From assembly GCA_963664395.2 (NCBI GenBank), contig OY761159.2, forward strand, positions 640,001 to 704,000: a stretch of 64,000 nucleotides of DNA, in the 5' to 3' direction. The number at the start of each line of letters is the position of its first letter. Position 1 is the first letter of the stretch. Both the position numbers and the translations under genes were made by a program. Positions 53,743 to 63,807 of the stretch are shown piece after piece. The DNA is from Candidatus Binatia bacterium. GTDB taxonomy: Bacteria; Desulfobacterota; Binatia; Bin18. The notes under the pieces were generated by a model that worked only from the letters and a program-made list of their open reading frames with translations, had not been told where the DNA came from and made no database searches.

Positions 53743-55505
53743 CAGGTTGTTTCCCAGTGTGGCGTCGTCAACACGCCCGGCTCGGACCATAGACCGAGGC
53801 GCTGGCCCATCTGGATAACGGGTCGGACGGCTTGCATGACTTGGCGCAGAGCCGCTGCCGTCGGACTGGCTGCGGCGTCCTCCCGACCCTGGAGGTGAGA
53901 CAGGACCGTCTCAACCAGTGTTTTTTGCGCGGGAAAGAGTTTGAGCTGCACCGGCGTATCTGCCTCAATCCCCGCCGCTTGTTTTGCTAGACTCAGCGCC
54001 AGCGGGAAGCCGCCGAGTTCGTCGACCAGGCCGATACCTTTGGCATCTTCACCCGTCCAGATCCGGCCCTTTGCCACGGCGTGCACCTGTTCCTGAGTGA
54101 GGCCCCTTCCTTGGGCAACTTTCTGCGTAAAATCCTCGTACACACGATCAAGCCAGACCGTGATCCGTTGCCATTGCTGAGGCGTATAATCGAGCGAGCT
54201 GGACCACATGGTGGCATTGGTGCTGGTATGCACCTCGTCCGATGAGATCCCGATTTTTTCCATGAGCTCGGCAGTTATCATCTTGCCACCAAGCACCCCG
54301 ATGGAACCGGTGATCGTGCCGGGCTGGGCCACGATTTTGTCCGCGGCCGCCGCCACAAAATAGCCACCCGAGCCAGCCACGTTGCCCATGGAGACAATGA
54401 CCGGTTTCCCCGCGTCCCTGGCTCGTACCGTCTCACGCCAAATCGTATCTGAGGCAACATAGGAGCCACCCGGACTGTCCACCCGAAAAAGAATGGCCTT
54501 CACCGTGTCGTCTTGCACGGCAGAGCGAAACGCCGCTGACACCGAGTCGGCTCCCATCGTCGGCCCACTAAATGCGGCACTGTATTCACTCTTCCCCCGC
54601 TGCACCCCACCGACCCCGTAAATGAGTGCAATCGCTTCCCCCTCGTTGTGCGGGCGACCCATCTGGCGGAGATAGGTAAACAGGCCAACTCGTTCTGCAT
54701 CCTCACCAATGGTATCTTCGATTACGGTCTGGACCTCATCCCGATAGGCCAGCCCATCAACCAGTTTTTCCGTCAAGGCTTGCGCGCCGAGAAACGGCCC
54801 ACGGTCAATCAGGGTCCGGACGGCGCCAGCTTCCAAGCCGCGGCCAGCGGCGATGCCCTGCACGATCTGGCCGAACTGGGATTCAATAATTTTCAGGATC
54901 GCCTCACGATGGGGCTGGGTATATTTTTTTTCGGTGAACATGTTCAGCGCGTTTTTGTACTCATAGCGGTGGTCCATACGGGGCGAGAGCCCCAGCTTTT
55001 CCAGTGTCCCGCTGACGAATGCCGATTCTGCCATCAAGCCGGTGAGACCAATGTCCCCGGACGGTTGGAGATAAATGCGATCAAAGGCGGTAGCCAGATA
55101 ATACGCGCCATTGCCAGGCCCGAATTCGCCAAAGGTCTCGGCATAGGCAATGGTCGGCTTGCCACTCTCGCGGAAGGCAATGACGGCATCCCGAACCTCC
55201 TGGATTTCCGCCAGGCCCATCCGCGGCGTGCCCGCACGCGCAACCAGCGCCAGGACGCGCTCATCATTGGCAGCCTGTTGCAGCGCATCGACAATATCCC
55301 GCACTGACGCTGTCCGTTCCATGAGTACACTCGCCAGTGGATCGTCCGGAACATACTCAGCAAACTCGCGCTCGAAGTCGATCTCAAGCACGATGTGCTC
55401 TGGCAGACTTTCTTGACTCATCAGGGTGGTGATAACGCCGACAATGGCCATGACGACGACCCACGCTCCAATCAGCATGAGCGTCCGTCCCAGAAATTTT
55501 TTCAT
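53739..55505 (-). CDS. sppA: Signal peptide peptidase SppA (long form)
   Basis: YYLATA.D.I, YKNA, RVDSPGGS, SMGNVAGSGGY, TGSIGV, GRIWTG.DA..GLVDELGG. Confidence 0.93.
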   Translation of the reverse strand: MKKFLGRTLMLIGAWVVVMAIVGVITTLMSQESLPEHIVLEIDFEREFAEYVPDDPLASVLMERTASVRDIVDALQQAANDERVLALVARAGTPRMGLAEIQEVRDAVIAFRESGKPTIAYAETFGEFGPGNGAYYLATAFDRIYLQPSGDIGLTGLMAESAFVSGTLEKLGLSPRMDHRYEYKNALNMFTEKKYTQPHREAILKIIESQFGQIVQGIAAGRGLEAGAVRTLIDRGPFLGAQALTEKLVDGLAYRDEVQTVIEDTIGEDAERVGLFTYLRQMGRPHNEGEAIALIYGVGGVQRGKSEYSAAFSGPTMGADSVSAAFRSAVQDDTVKAILFRVDSPGGSYVASDTIWRETVRARDAGKPVIVSMGNVAGSGGYFVAAAADKIVAQPGTITGSIGVLGGKMITAELMEKIGISSDEVHTSTNATMWSSSLDYTPQQWQRITVWLDRVYEDFTQKVAQGRGLTQEQVHAVAKGRIWTGEDAKGIGLVDELGGFPLALSLAKQAAGIEADTPVQLKLFPAQKTLVETVLSHLQGREDAAASPTAAALRQVMQAVRPVIQMGQRLGLWSEPGVLTTPHWETTW

Positions 55506-55628
55506 ATTATCTTCCCTCGCTTGATCTTTTTGTCAGAGTAGCAGAGAATTCGGCCTTGCCATATCCGGCCTGATCGTAGCAATCTGCATCTCCGGAGCCT
55601 TTTCTTTCGTATAATCGCTTTGCTTCTT

Positions 55629-57608
55629 ATGGCACGAATTCAAGTTGCCGTTACAAAAGAACAGACCCACCGTTTGAATGCCCTTGTGTTGGTTGGCGTT
55701 CTGTTGGCTTTCGCGTCGGTCGTCCATGCCGAGAGAACGAACACGTCCGAGGAACGTAACTTCGGCATAGCCCTGCCAGGGGAAAAATGCAGAATCCTTC
55801 CGCTGCCCAAATGGACCGAGCCCGAAAAGTGGGCGTGGACACAAATCTGTGAAGGAAAAGAAGCGAATTTCAACGAACGCTTGAAAGAGAAACTCGATCC
55901 GAGAAATCCAGCTCATGCTGGCGAGTGGTCGGATGAGCGAAAACTGAGCTCGATTTTCCTGGAAACGATCCTCCTGCACGAGCCCTTCCGTAGCGCCATC
56001 CCGCGCCGGGGCGTTCGTATCATCGGGGCTTACTTTCCGAATTTCATCAATTTGATCGACGCATCGATCGAGCAGCTATTGCTACTCTACAAATCTCGCT
56101 TCAAGTCGCAGGTTGACATGAACCGTCTGAGGACACCGACATCTATTTCTCTCGAAGGCTCGAAGTTTGACGGCGATCTCAACATGGATTCCATCTCGGT
56201 CGGCGACAGCCTGCTCATGAGGGAGGCGGAATTCGGCAAGGTGGTCTTAAGAGGAGCGAAGATCGGCGGCCAACTGAGTATGAGCGGAGCGACCTTCAAG
56301 GGGAAGCTGAACATGAATGCCGTCTCAGTCGGTAGCAGCCTGTTCATGGGGAATGCGGAATTCGGCAAGGTGGATCTGACAGGAGCAAAGATCGGCGGCC
56401 AACTGAGTATGAGCGGAGCGACCTTCAAGGGGAAGCTGAACATGGATTCCATCTCGGTTGGTAGAAACCTACTCATAAGGGAAGAGGAATCCGACGAGGG
56501 AGTCTTGAGAGGAGCGGAACTCGGCGAGGTGGTCTTAAGAGGAGCGAAGATCGGCGACCAGCTGAATATAGAGGGGGCTACCTTCAAGGGGAAGCTGAAC
56601 ATGAGTACCATCTCGGTCGGTAGCGATCTGTTCATGAGAAATGAGGCGGAATTCGATGAGGTAGACCTGATAGGAGCGAAGATCGGCGGCCAGCTGTCTA
56701 TGGTCGAGACTACCTTCAAGGGCAAGCTGGACATGTATAATGCCTCGGTCGGTAGCAGCCTGCTCATGAGAAATACAGAATTTGACAAGCCAGCTTATCT
56801 AATATTTCTCAGCGTCGGCTCCAATCTTGACGTACGAGGTGCCACGCTGAGACGTCTAGACCTTACGGGTTCCCGAGTCGAGGGCGAGATTCAACTTGGA
56901 TCGTCCGATGAAGAGAAAACTAATTGGAAGGAATGCAAAGACGAGAATAAGGATTGCCACGCCCCCAAGTTGATCCTACGAAACACCAGCGTCGACGCGC
57001 TCCAGGACACCAAAGGTGTTTGGCCCGATCATCTGGAACGAGAGTTCGAGGGCTTCACGTATGATCGCCTCGGCGGATTCGACACGAGTGAACAAGACAA
57101 GCCTTATGAGCGAGGAAGCTCCTGGTTTATCGAGTGGCTTGCGAAGGACGAGTCCTATTCGCCTCAACCCTACCGGCACTTAGCCGGTGTTTTCCGTGCC
57201 GCTGGGCACGAAGACATGGCGGACGACATTCTCGTCGCCAACCGCGACCGCGAGCGTAGAGAAACTGATTGGTGGCCACCCAAATGGTTATGGCTATGGA
57301 TGCTCAAGCTCTTCATCGGCTACGGCTATGGCTTGCGGTACTTCTACGCGCTGATCTGGGTCGCTGGATTGGCCTTAGTCGGAACCTTCATCCTGCATAG
57401 GGCAAAGGAGGAAGACAAAGGCGGTATAAAGCTGGGCTTCTGGTACAGCCTCGACATGCTACTGCCCATCATCCATCTGCGTGAGCGGCACTACACTGAT
57501 GTGGACCTCAACACGTGGGCTAAATACTATTTTTATTTCCACAAAATTATGGGCTATGTGCTGATATCCTTCGTGCTCGCTGGACTATCGGGCCTTACGG
57601 AGAAATAG
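55629..57608 (+). CDS. Membrane protein with 43-aa beta-solenoid-like repeats and C-terminal TM region
   Basis: N-terminal hydrophobic signal; about 4-5 repeats like AEFGKVxLxGAKIGGQLSMSGATFKGKLNMxxxSVGxSLxM (129 bp); QPY..LA..FR..G, GYGYG, FWYSLDMLLPII, final TM. Confidence 0.75.
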   Translation: MARIQVAVTKEQTHRLNALVLVGVLLAFASVVHAERTNTSEERNFGIALPGEKCRILPLPKWTEPEKWAWTQICEGKEANFNERLKEKLDPRNPAHAGEWSDERKLSSIFLETILLHEPFRSAIPRRGVRIIGAYFPNFINLIDASIEQLLLLYKSRFKSQVDMNRLRTPTSISLEGSKFDGDLNMDSISVGDSLLMREAEFGKVVLRGAKIGGQLSMSGATFKGKLNMNAVSVGSSLFMGNAEFGKVDLTGAKIGGQLSMSGATFKGKLNMDSISVGRNLLIREEESDEGVLRGAELGEVVLRGAKIGDQLNIEGATFKGKLNMSTISVGSDLFMRNEAEFDEVDLIGAKIGGQLSMVETTFKGKLDMYNASVGSSLLMRNTEFDKPAYLIFLSVGSNLDVRGATLRRLDLTGSRVEGEIQLGSSDEEKTNWKECKDENKDCHAPKLILRNTSVDALQDTKGVWPDHLEREFEGFTYDRLGGFDTSEQDKPYERGSSWFIEWLAKDESYSPQPYRHLAGVFRAAGHEDMADDILVANRDRERRETDWWPPKWLWLWMLKLFIGYGYGLRYFYALIWVAGLALVGTFILHRAKEEDKGGIKLGFWYSLDMLLPIIHLRERHYTDVDLNTWAKYYFYFHKIMGYVLISFVLAGLSGLTEK

Positions 57609-57633
57609 GGCAGAGAAATTTACGATAAACGCT

Positions 57634-58050
57634 CTAACTCGCCTCGGGCGGAGTCGGCTCAAGCGTGCCCGACGTTTCTCCGTAGGGCCAGGGCAACCGA
57701 ATCGGCTCGCCGGCACGATTGAAAATTTCGACCGGGGTTTCCAAGACAGCAATCGCCTGCATCTCTTCGTCACCGGTTGTGCAGATTTTGTGCGGGGTGT
57801 AGGCGGGGACGGTAAGGACGCTGTTGGGACCGAAATCGATCTGCTTCCCATCCACCTGGCACCAGCCGGTTCCCTTGAGAACAATAAGAATCTCTTCGCC
57901 TGAATGATAATGCGTTGGGGTCGGCTTGCCTGGCTGTGAGGTCTGCATCCAGATTTCAACGTTTCGGGACTCTTTCTTCACCAGGGTCTGGTGGATAACC
58001 GCAGGGTGAATAAATTTTTCGATGCCGGTAATTTTCCGAACGGAATACAT
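57634..58050 (-). CDS. Cupin domain protein
   Basis: PTHYHSGEEILIVLKG and VP..TPH. Confidence 0.88.
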   Translation of the reverse strand: MYSVRKITGIEKFIHPAVIHQTLVKKESRNVEIWMQTSQPGKPTPTHYHSGEEILIVLKGTGWCQVDGKQIDFGPNSVLTVPAYTPHKICTTGDEEMQAIAVLETPVEIFNRAGEPIRLPWPYGETSGTLEPTPPEAS

Positions 58051-58113
58051 GGGTGCGCCCTCCCTCTACTTGCGTTGTAAAAGGAACGTAGCAAAGAAGC
58101 AGGGACAGGCCAA

Positions 58114-59029
58114 TCAGAACTCAATCTGAAAGCCCTGACGCTCCTGACTCTGTACCTCCGTCAGATAACCCTGCACGCCCAGATACTCCCCCGCCGGATA
58201 ATACAAATACCCGTGCGTGGCGACCTGCGCCGCGAGCACCTGACTGACCATGGGTGGCGGGAGACTGGCAGCATCTTTTTCCGCTAAGGCACAGACTGTG
58301 CCCCCTCCGGCCGAGAGGAGGTGGACCTGCTCCGTATCGAACACATAGGTCTGTTGGGTCCGATTGGCGACCTCTACGGCAACAATAAAAATGTCCGGCG
58401 GGTAGACGCCGAAGAGCAACTCGGCCTCCATCGGCGGCAGGGGCCGGATATGCACATACACCTGGCCTTCGGGTCCGTAGCGTTTTACGTTATCAGCCAG
58501 CCCATTAAACAAGGAATAAAACGCGCGCCGAAAGTATGTGGTCGGTGGCGGGCGGTTCTTGGTAAGACGCGGGGCCTCTCGCTCGTGATAATCCGTCACC
58601 AGTGGGTGCGGAGTATCAGAGGCAACGTCCAGTGTGCTGAGCGAGGCAGCATCGACAAGCACGCCCTGTGGCTGACACTGAACCGTCACCTGGACCAGCG
58701 CCGTCTGGCCCGACCGTCTTTGTTGCGCCTGTATCGTTCCGATTTTTCCTGGCGTGGCCCGGGTCGCTACTCGTTACGCGATACCCCATCCGCTCGACTG
58801 TCCGGTAGGCGAGTTGCTGAGCTTGTTCGCACGATAAGTCCGTATCAGTGATCTCGTACAATTCGGCCAGCGGCTCGGCCTGTGCGGCGGCCCGGTTCGC
58901 TTCCATGCTCGCGAGGACGGCTGCGGAGGAGGCCCTAGCAACTACGCGCGCGGCGGGCTGAGAACGTGGCGCGCAACCAATGAGGGCCGCCAGCATGAGG
59001 AGTCCGACCAAGGCCGGGAGACCCTTCAT
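58114..59029 (-). pseudogene. Hypothetical lipoprotein split by one frameshift
   Basis: Lipobox LIGC after MKGLPALVGLLMLAA; removing one G near 58760 joins ..SSDP to ATPGKIGTIQAQQRRSGQTALVQVTVQCQPQG, continuous with ORF 58114..58689. Confidence 0.65.
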
Positions 59030-59054
59030 GGCTTGCCCCGGCAGGAGTGTCATT

Positions 59055-60134
59055 TTAACTCAACTGAGGAACAACCAACTCGGCAAAGCGCTGGAGCATC
59101 TCCTGTTCCTGCTTGTACGGAAACACCATCTGGAAATTCTGAAAACCAAGCGCCCGCAACTCCCGCAGGGTTTCGGCCAGGCGCTCCGGCGTTCCCGCCG
59201 TTCCCAGCTCTCGTGAGGCCCACAATCCACGCCCGCCCAATGCCTGGGCTGACTCGGCCTCTCGCCGCTTGAGTTCTTTTTCATCTTCAGCCAGCACCAC
59301 CGCCAGGAACAGCGACTTCTCAATCGCAGAGAAATCCCGCTTCAGCGCGTCACAGTGCCGGCGCAGGATATCGGTCTTTCTTTGCACGGTTGCGAATGAG
59401 GACCCCAGCAGGATGTTCCAGCCATCGGCGTACTGGGCAACGATGCGCAGCATGACCTTCTCTCCGCCGCCGGCAATCCAGATTCGGGCCGGTTGCTGCA
59501 CGGGCTTGGGAGCGCACAGCGCCTCCTGCAACTGGTAGTGCCTGCCAGCAAAAGACGCCCGCTCCTGCGTCCACAACAGCCGTACAACCTGTACCGCCTC
59601 TTCGAGCTGAGCGAGTCGCGTTCCAATCGAGGGAAAGGGAATCCCGTAGGCCCGATACTCAAGCTCCTTCCAACCGGCTCCGATGCCAAACTCCATTCTG
59701 CCGTTGCTGAGATGATCGAAGCTGGCCGCGATCTTCGCCAAGATGCTGGGCGGACGGTACGAATTACACGTGACTAGCGTTCCCAGCCGCAATCGAGTCG
59801 TCACCGGAGCCAGCGCGGTCAGCAGGGTCCACGCCTCCAAGCAGTTGCGCCGCTCGGACCTGGCATCCCAAAAAAGATGGTCCGAGACCCACAATCCGTA
59901 AAAACCGAGCCGTTCCGCTTCCTTTGCGATCTGAGCGACTTCGCCGTAGCTAAAGCCAAATTGTGGCTCGATTTGGATACCGAAGCGCCACCCCCGCGCT
60001 GGGCTTTCCTGAGCTGTCTGGCCGACCGGCGTCGCTGCTTCAGACGGCGTTGCGGAACCCGCCTGTAAGCCTGCCACCCCGGCGACAACCGTACTCGCGT
60101 CCTGCAGAAACTTCCGGCGGCTGATGTCGCGCAT
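59055..60134 (-). CDS. LLM-class (probably F420-dependent) oxidoreductase with twin-arginine signal peptide
   Basis: ISRRKFLQ..SEA signal; GF..LWVSDH, EAWTLL.ALA, RLGTLVTCNSYRPP..LAK, GIGAGW..EY.AYG, GGGEK. Confidence 0.85.
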   Translation of the reverse strand: MRDISRRKFLQDASTVVAGVAGLQAGSATPSEAATPVGQTAQESPARGWRFGIQIEPQFGFSYGEVAQIAKEAERLGFYGLWVSDHLFWDARSERRNCLEAWTLLTALAPVTTRLRLGTLVTCNSYRPPSILAKIAASFDHLSNGRMEFGIGAGWKELEYRAYGIPFPSIGTRLAQLEEAVQVVRLLWTQERASFAGRHYQLQEALCAPKPVQQPARIWIAGGGEKVMLRIVAQYADGWNILLGSSFATVQRKTDILRRHCDALKRDFSAIEKSLFLAVVLAEDEKELKRREAESAQALGGRGLWASRELGTAGTPERLAETLRELRALGFQNFQMVFPYKQEQEMLQRFAELVVPQLS

Positions 60135-60160
60135 ACCGGCGAGCCTCCTTTCGAGAGCGC

Positions 60161-60994
60161 CTACGCCCCGGCCTGCTGCTCTATGACGCCCAAAGCGGTC
60201 CGGGCCGATGTCAGGGCGGCTGCGAAGGACACGCTTGCAGGCGCCGGCGGTGGCCCCGCATCCCCCGGTGTTTTATAGCCGCCATAAATGGCGTGCCCGG
60301 ATTGGAGCCAAAAGCAGTCCGCCACCGCAAAGCCGGCCTGCTTGAACCACGTCAACTGCTCGAACAGCGGCGAGGGTTTGTCGTAGGGATCGGGGGTATG
60401 GAAATAATTCCACTTTTCCTGGGTAAATTTTTCAAAGAGCCGGGTGGAGCCGGTCTTTTCGACTGAGAGAGCCTGCGTGATCCGATCCCAACCTTCGCCA
60501 AAGGATGCCCAGGCTTCCGACCGTTGCGGTTTGACGATATCGGCAAGCAGGGCCGCGCCGCGGTCTGAAATCCGTTTGCCCATTTCCGTAAACAGCCATT
60601 GCTTTTCCGGCCCGCTCAGATGGTGCACGCACAGGGAGGAGACGACGCAATCGGCAGCATCCAGCGAACCGAGCCAGTCTGGCGAGGCCATGTCAAAGGC
60701 GGCGATACGACAGCGCTCTCCAAAGCGTCCGAGGTGGCGGCCTGCCTGCTCGCGCATGCTTTCTGACCCATCCAGGGCCAGCACCGTGGCGTTCGGAAAG
60801 CAATCCAGCAGGGCGAAGGACAAGACCCCTTCCCCGCAGCCAAGCTCAACCGCGCGGAACGCGTCCTGCTGCTGAAAGGGCAGCAGACTCAAAAGAGTCG
60901 CAACCTGCTCATCCCGCGCCGGCACGGCAATCGCCGCCAGCTCGCGGTAGAGTTGGGAATCATCCTCTGTCCATTCCGTGCGCTCTTCAGCCAT
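60161..60994 (-). CDS. Class I SAM-dependent methyltransferase
   Basis: VELGCGEG, LDGSESM, VVSSLCVHHL, DKPS.L.EQL.W...AGF. Confidence 0.88.
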   Translation of the reverse strand: MAEERTEWTEDDSQLYRELAAIAVPARDEQVATLLSLLPFQQQDAFRAVELGCGEGVLSFALLDCFPNATVLALDGSESMREQAGRHLGRFGERCRIAAFDMASPDWLGSLDAADCVVSSLCVHHLSGPEKQWLFTEMGKRISDRGAALLADIVKPQRSEAWASFGEGWDRITQALSVEKTGSTRLFEKFTQEKWNYFHTPDPYDKPSPLFEQLTWFKQAGFAVADCFWLQSGHAIYGGYKTPGDAGPPPAPASVSFAAALTSARTALGVIEQQAGA

Positions 60995-61104
60995 ACGCAG
61001 CCCTCCTTAATGTCTCGCCCATCTCCGGGTGGTTCCCAGAGGGGGGACGACAAATGGTAGCACGGCTGCGGGAGATTACGAGCGGTTTGAACTCGAAGAG
61101 GGGA

Positions 61105-61139
61105 CCCTCACCCTGGCCCTCTCCCAGCGGGAGAGAGAA
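61105..61139. repeat. REP-like palindrome, copy 2 of the 53664 family
   Basis: CCCTCACCCTGGCCCTCTCCCAGCGGGAGAGAGAA. Confidence 0.7.
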
Positions 61140-61155
61140 ACAGAGCGGGTATTTC

Positions 61156-62868
61156 TTACTGACTGGCTAACGGACCGCGTAACAACTGCCCCGGCAGGGC
61201 GCCGGTGTGTTCGTTGTTCCGCAGGACGACTTCGCCATTCACGATGGTCGCCAGAAAGCCATTGGCTTTTTGCTTGAGCCGTCGGGCGCCACCCGGGAGA
61301 TCATAGGTCAGCTCGGGCACTTGCGGCTCAACCGTTTGAGGATCAAAGATCACTACGTCGGCGTTCCAGCCTTCGCGCAGCAGGCCGCGGCCGGCCAGCT
61401 TCCAATGGGAGGCCGGAACGAAGCTCAGTTGGTGCACCGCGTCTTCCAGAGTCAGGGCTTCTTTCTCACGCACCCAGTGGCTCAACAGATGGGTTTGCAG
61501 GGAAGAATCCATGATCTGTGAAACATGGGCACCCGAGTCCGAGAAGGTAATCACCGAGCGGGGGTGCTGCATCATCTCCAAGGTGCTGGGCTCATGGGTG
61601 TTGGTCAGCGGCTGCATGAAGAAACGCTTCAGCCCATTTTCCAGGGCGAGATCGATATAGGTCTCCACCGGGTCCTGGTTGCGTTCGGCGGCAATCTCGG
61701 CAACCGACCGATACGGCGGTACGGCCCTGTCCATGATGGGGAACAGCCATTTGAAATTCGCCACGCGGGCTTCAGCACCAACCGCCCGCGTCCCCTCTTG
61801 TGGCGGATGATTGGCAGACTGCACCAGCTTGTGGCGTATTTCAGGATTGCGTAAGGCCACTTCCTGTTCTGCCAGGGGCAGTTTTCGAATGTCGCGCCAG
61901 ACCGGCAGCTTGTCAAACGAGGTAACCGACTCGAACGACTGCAATACGCTGATGGGACGGCTGTGGACCTGAATAAACATGCGCCCGCCGGCTTCAGCGG
62001 TCTCGTCAGCTAACGCAAAAAACGGGCGCCAATAGTCCGGGGCCTTGGGCGCGCTGAACATGCCAAACGTGACCGGCACGCCCGTATCGACAGCCAGGGC
62101 TTTGAGCCGATTACAATAGTCCTGAATCCGTTCCGGGTTGAGTCCGGTGTCTTCACCGGCGATTTCAAACACCCCCGAGTTCAGCTCGCCGAGCACGCCG
62201 ACCAACTGACGGACCTCGTCCCAGGTGGCGAGCCGACTCGCAACCGGTTGGCCGTCAGGCGTCTGGTGGTTGCGCGTGCGCGAGGTGGTAAAGCCGGCGG
62301 CGCCCGCTTGTATGGCGCTACGGACTTCTCGCTTCATAGCTTCGAGATCGTCCGGGGTCGCTTCTTCGCTAAAGGCCCGCTCACCCATGACATAGGTCCG
62401 CAGCGCGGAATGACCGATATAGGCCGAATAATTGATGCCTTTGGGCAGGCGTTCAACCGCATCCAGGTATTCCGGATAGGTGGTCCAACTCCACTTGATG
62501 CCTGCTTCCATGGCTTCCGGCGAAATGTCTTCGGCCCGCTCCAGATTGCGCATTACCATCAGCTTGTCCTCCTCGCTGCACGGCGCGAGCGAGAAGCCGC
62601 AGTTACCCATGACCACGCTGGTAATGCCATGCCAGCACGAGCATGTACCCAGCGGGTCCCAAAACACCTGGGCGTCCATATGCGTATGGCCGTCAACAAA
62701 GCCGGGGGAAACGACATGCCCCTCGGCATCGATGACTTCCCTGGCGTTCTCACGAATTTTGCCAATGGCGACAATTTTGCCCTCAGCGATTCCGACATCG
62801 GCCTGAAAGCGGGGCAGCCCGGAGCCATCAACCACCGTACCGTTTTTAATGAGGAGATCGTATCGCAT
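61156..62868 (-). CDS. N-acyl-D-amino-acid deacylase family amidohydrolase
   Basis: VVDGSG, PGFVDGHTHMD, VMGNCGF, SDSGAH, ADVVIFDP, DLPGG..RL. Confidence 0.88.
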   Translation of the reverse strand: MRYDLLIKNGTVVDGSGLPRFQADVGIAEGKIVAIGKIRENAREVIDAEGHVVSPGFVDGHTHMDAQVFWDPLGTCSCWHGITSVVMGNCGFSLAPCSEEDKLMVMRNLERAEDISPEAMEAGIKWSWTTYPEYLDAVERLPKGINYSAYIGHSALRTYVMGERAFSEEATPDDLEAMKREVRSAIQAGAAGFTTSRTRNHQTPDGQPVASRLATWDEVRQLVGVLGELNSGVFEIAGEDTGLNPERIQDYCNRLKALAVDTGVPVTFGMFSAPKAPDYWRPFFALADETAEAGGRMFIQVHSRPISVLQSFESVTSFDKLPVWRDIRKLPLAEQEVALRNPEIRHKLVQSANHPPQEGTRAVGAEARVANFKWLFPIMDRAVPPYRSVAEIAAERNQDPVETYIDLALENGLKRFFMQPLTNTHEPSTLEMMQHPRSVITFSDSGAHVSQIMDSSLQTHLLSHWVREKEALTLEDAVHQLSFVPASHWKLAGRGLLREGWNADVVIFDPQTVEPQVPELTYDLPGGARRLKQKANGFLATIVNGEVVLRNNEHTGALPGQLLRGPLASQ

Positions 62869-62924
62869 GCTGCTTCATATAGACTATGCCGGCGTGAGAA
62901 GGCAAGCCAGGACAGGCGGACAAC

Positions 62925-63710
62925 TCAGCGATAGCGAAACTTGGGCTTGCGCTTCTCCAGGAACGCAGCTCGCCCTTCCCTGTAATCAGGACCTTCAAAA
63001 GCCGCAGCGCGGAGGCGGCGGCTGACCACATTGTCATTCGTCTCCCCTGCGATAATTTCGTTCACGGTGGTTTTCACCGCGCGGATGGTAAATTGGGAGA
63101 GGTTGCAAAGCTGCTGGGCAAAGGCGAACGTTTCCCGTTCCAGGTCCTCGGCTTTGAACAGCCGTGTCACAATGCCGCAGGCCAGCGCTTCATCTGCGTC
63201 AATGACCTGGGCACCCATGAGCATCTCTTTGGCTTTCGATGGACCAACAAGATCAACCAGCCGTTTTGTTTCGCGGAGCGTGTAGGCCACGCCCAACTTC
63301 GCAGGCGGAATGCAGAATCTGGCCGTGCGGTCCGCATAGCGCATGTCACACGCCAGGGCGAGGGCACAGCCACCGCCGAAGCAATAGCCTGCCACCAGGG
63401 CGATAACTGGCTTGGAGAGATTGGTTACGGCGTCAAAGGCAGCCCGGGTCGTCTCCTCGGACTGCTTCACCGTTTCCGGCGTGGCGTGGATATTGGGAAA
63501 CTCGCTGATATCCGCACCGGCTGAGAATGCCTGTGAGGTCACGCCACGAATGATCAGCACTTTAATATCAGGATTCTCCGCCACCTCATCGGCATATTTC
63601 TTTATTCCCGCCCAGACCGCTCCGTTCAGAGCATTTAACTTGTCCGGTCGATTCAGTACGAGCACCGCGACTTCGGCGTGGGTTTCAAGGTAAACAGGCT
63701 TGTCATTCAT
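62925..63710 (-). CDS. Enoyl-CoA hydratase/isomerase family protein
   Basis: LNRPDKLNAL, AFSAGADISEF, GYCFGGG, DYREG..AFLEKR; catalytic Glu positions replaced (GGGCALA, IPPAKLG). Confidence 0.88.
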   Translation of the reverse strand: MNDKPVYLETHAEVAVLVLNRPDKLNALNGAVWAGIKKYADEVAENPDIKVLIIRGVTSQAFSAGADISEFPNIHATPETVKQSEETTRAAFDAVTNLSKPVIALVAGYCFGGGCALALACDMRYADRTARFCIPPAKLGVAYTLRETKRLVDLVGPSKAKEMLMGAQVIDADEALACGIVTRLFKAEDLERETFAFAQQLCNLSQFTIRAVKTTVNEIIAGETNDNVVSRRLRAAAFEGPDYREGRAAFLEKRKPKFRYR

Positions 63711-63807
63711 TCCAGTCCCTCCCAATGATCCAAGGTATTGTCCAACTCACGTTTACTCCTTCAGGTCCACAAAGGCTACTCTCAAGGCTACGCTATTGAT
63801 TCTCTAC

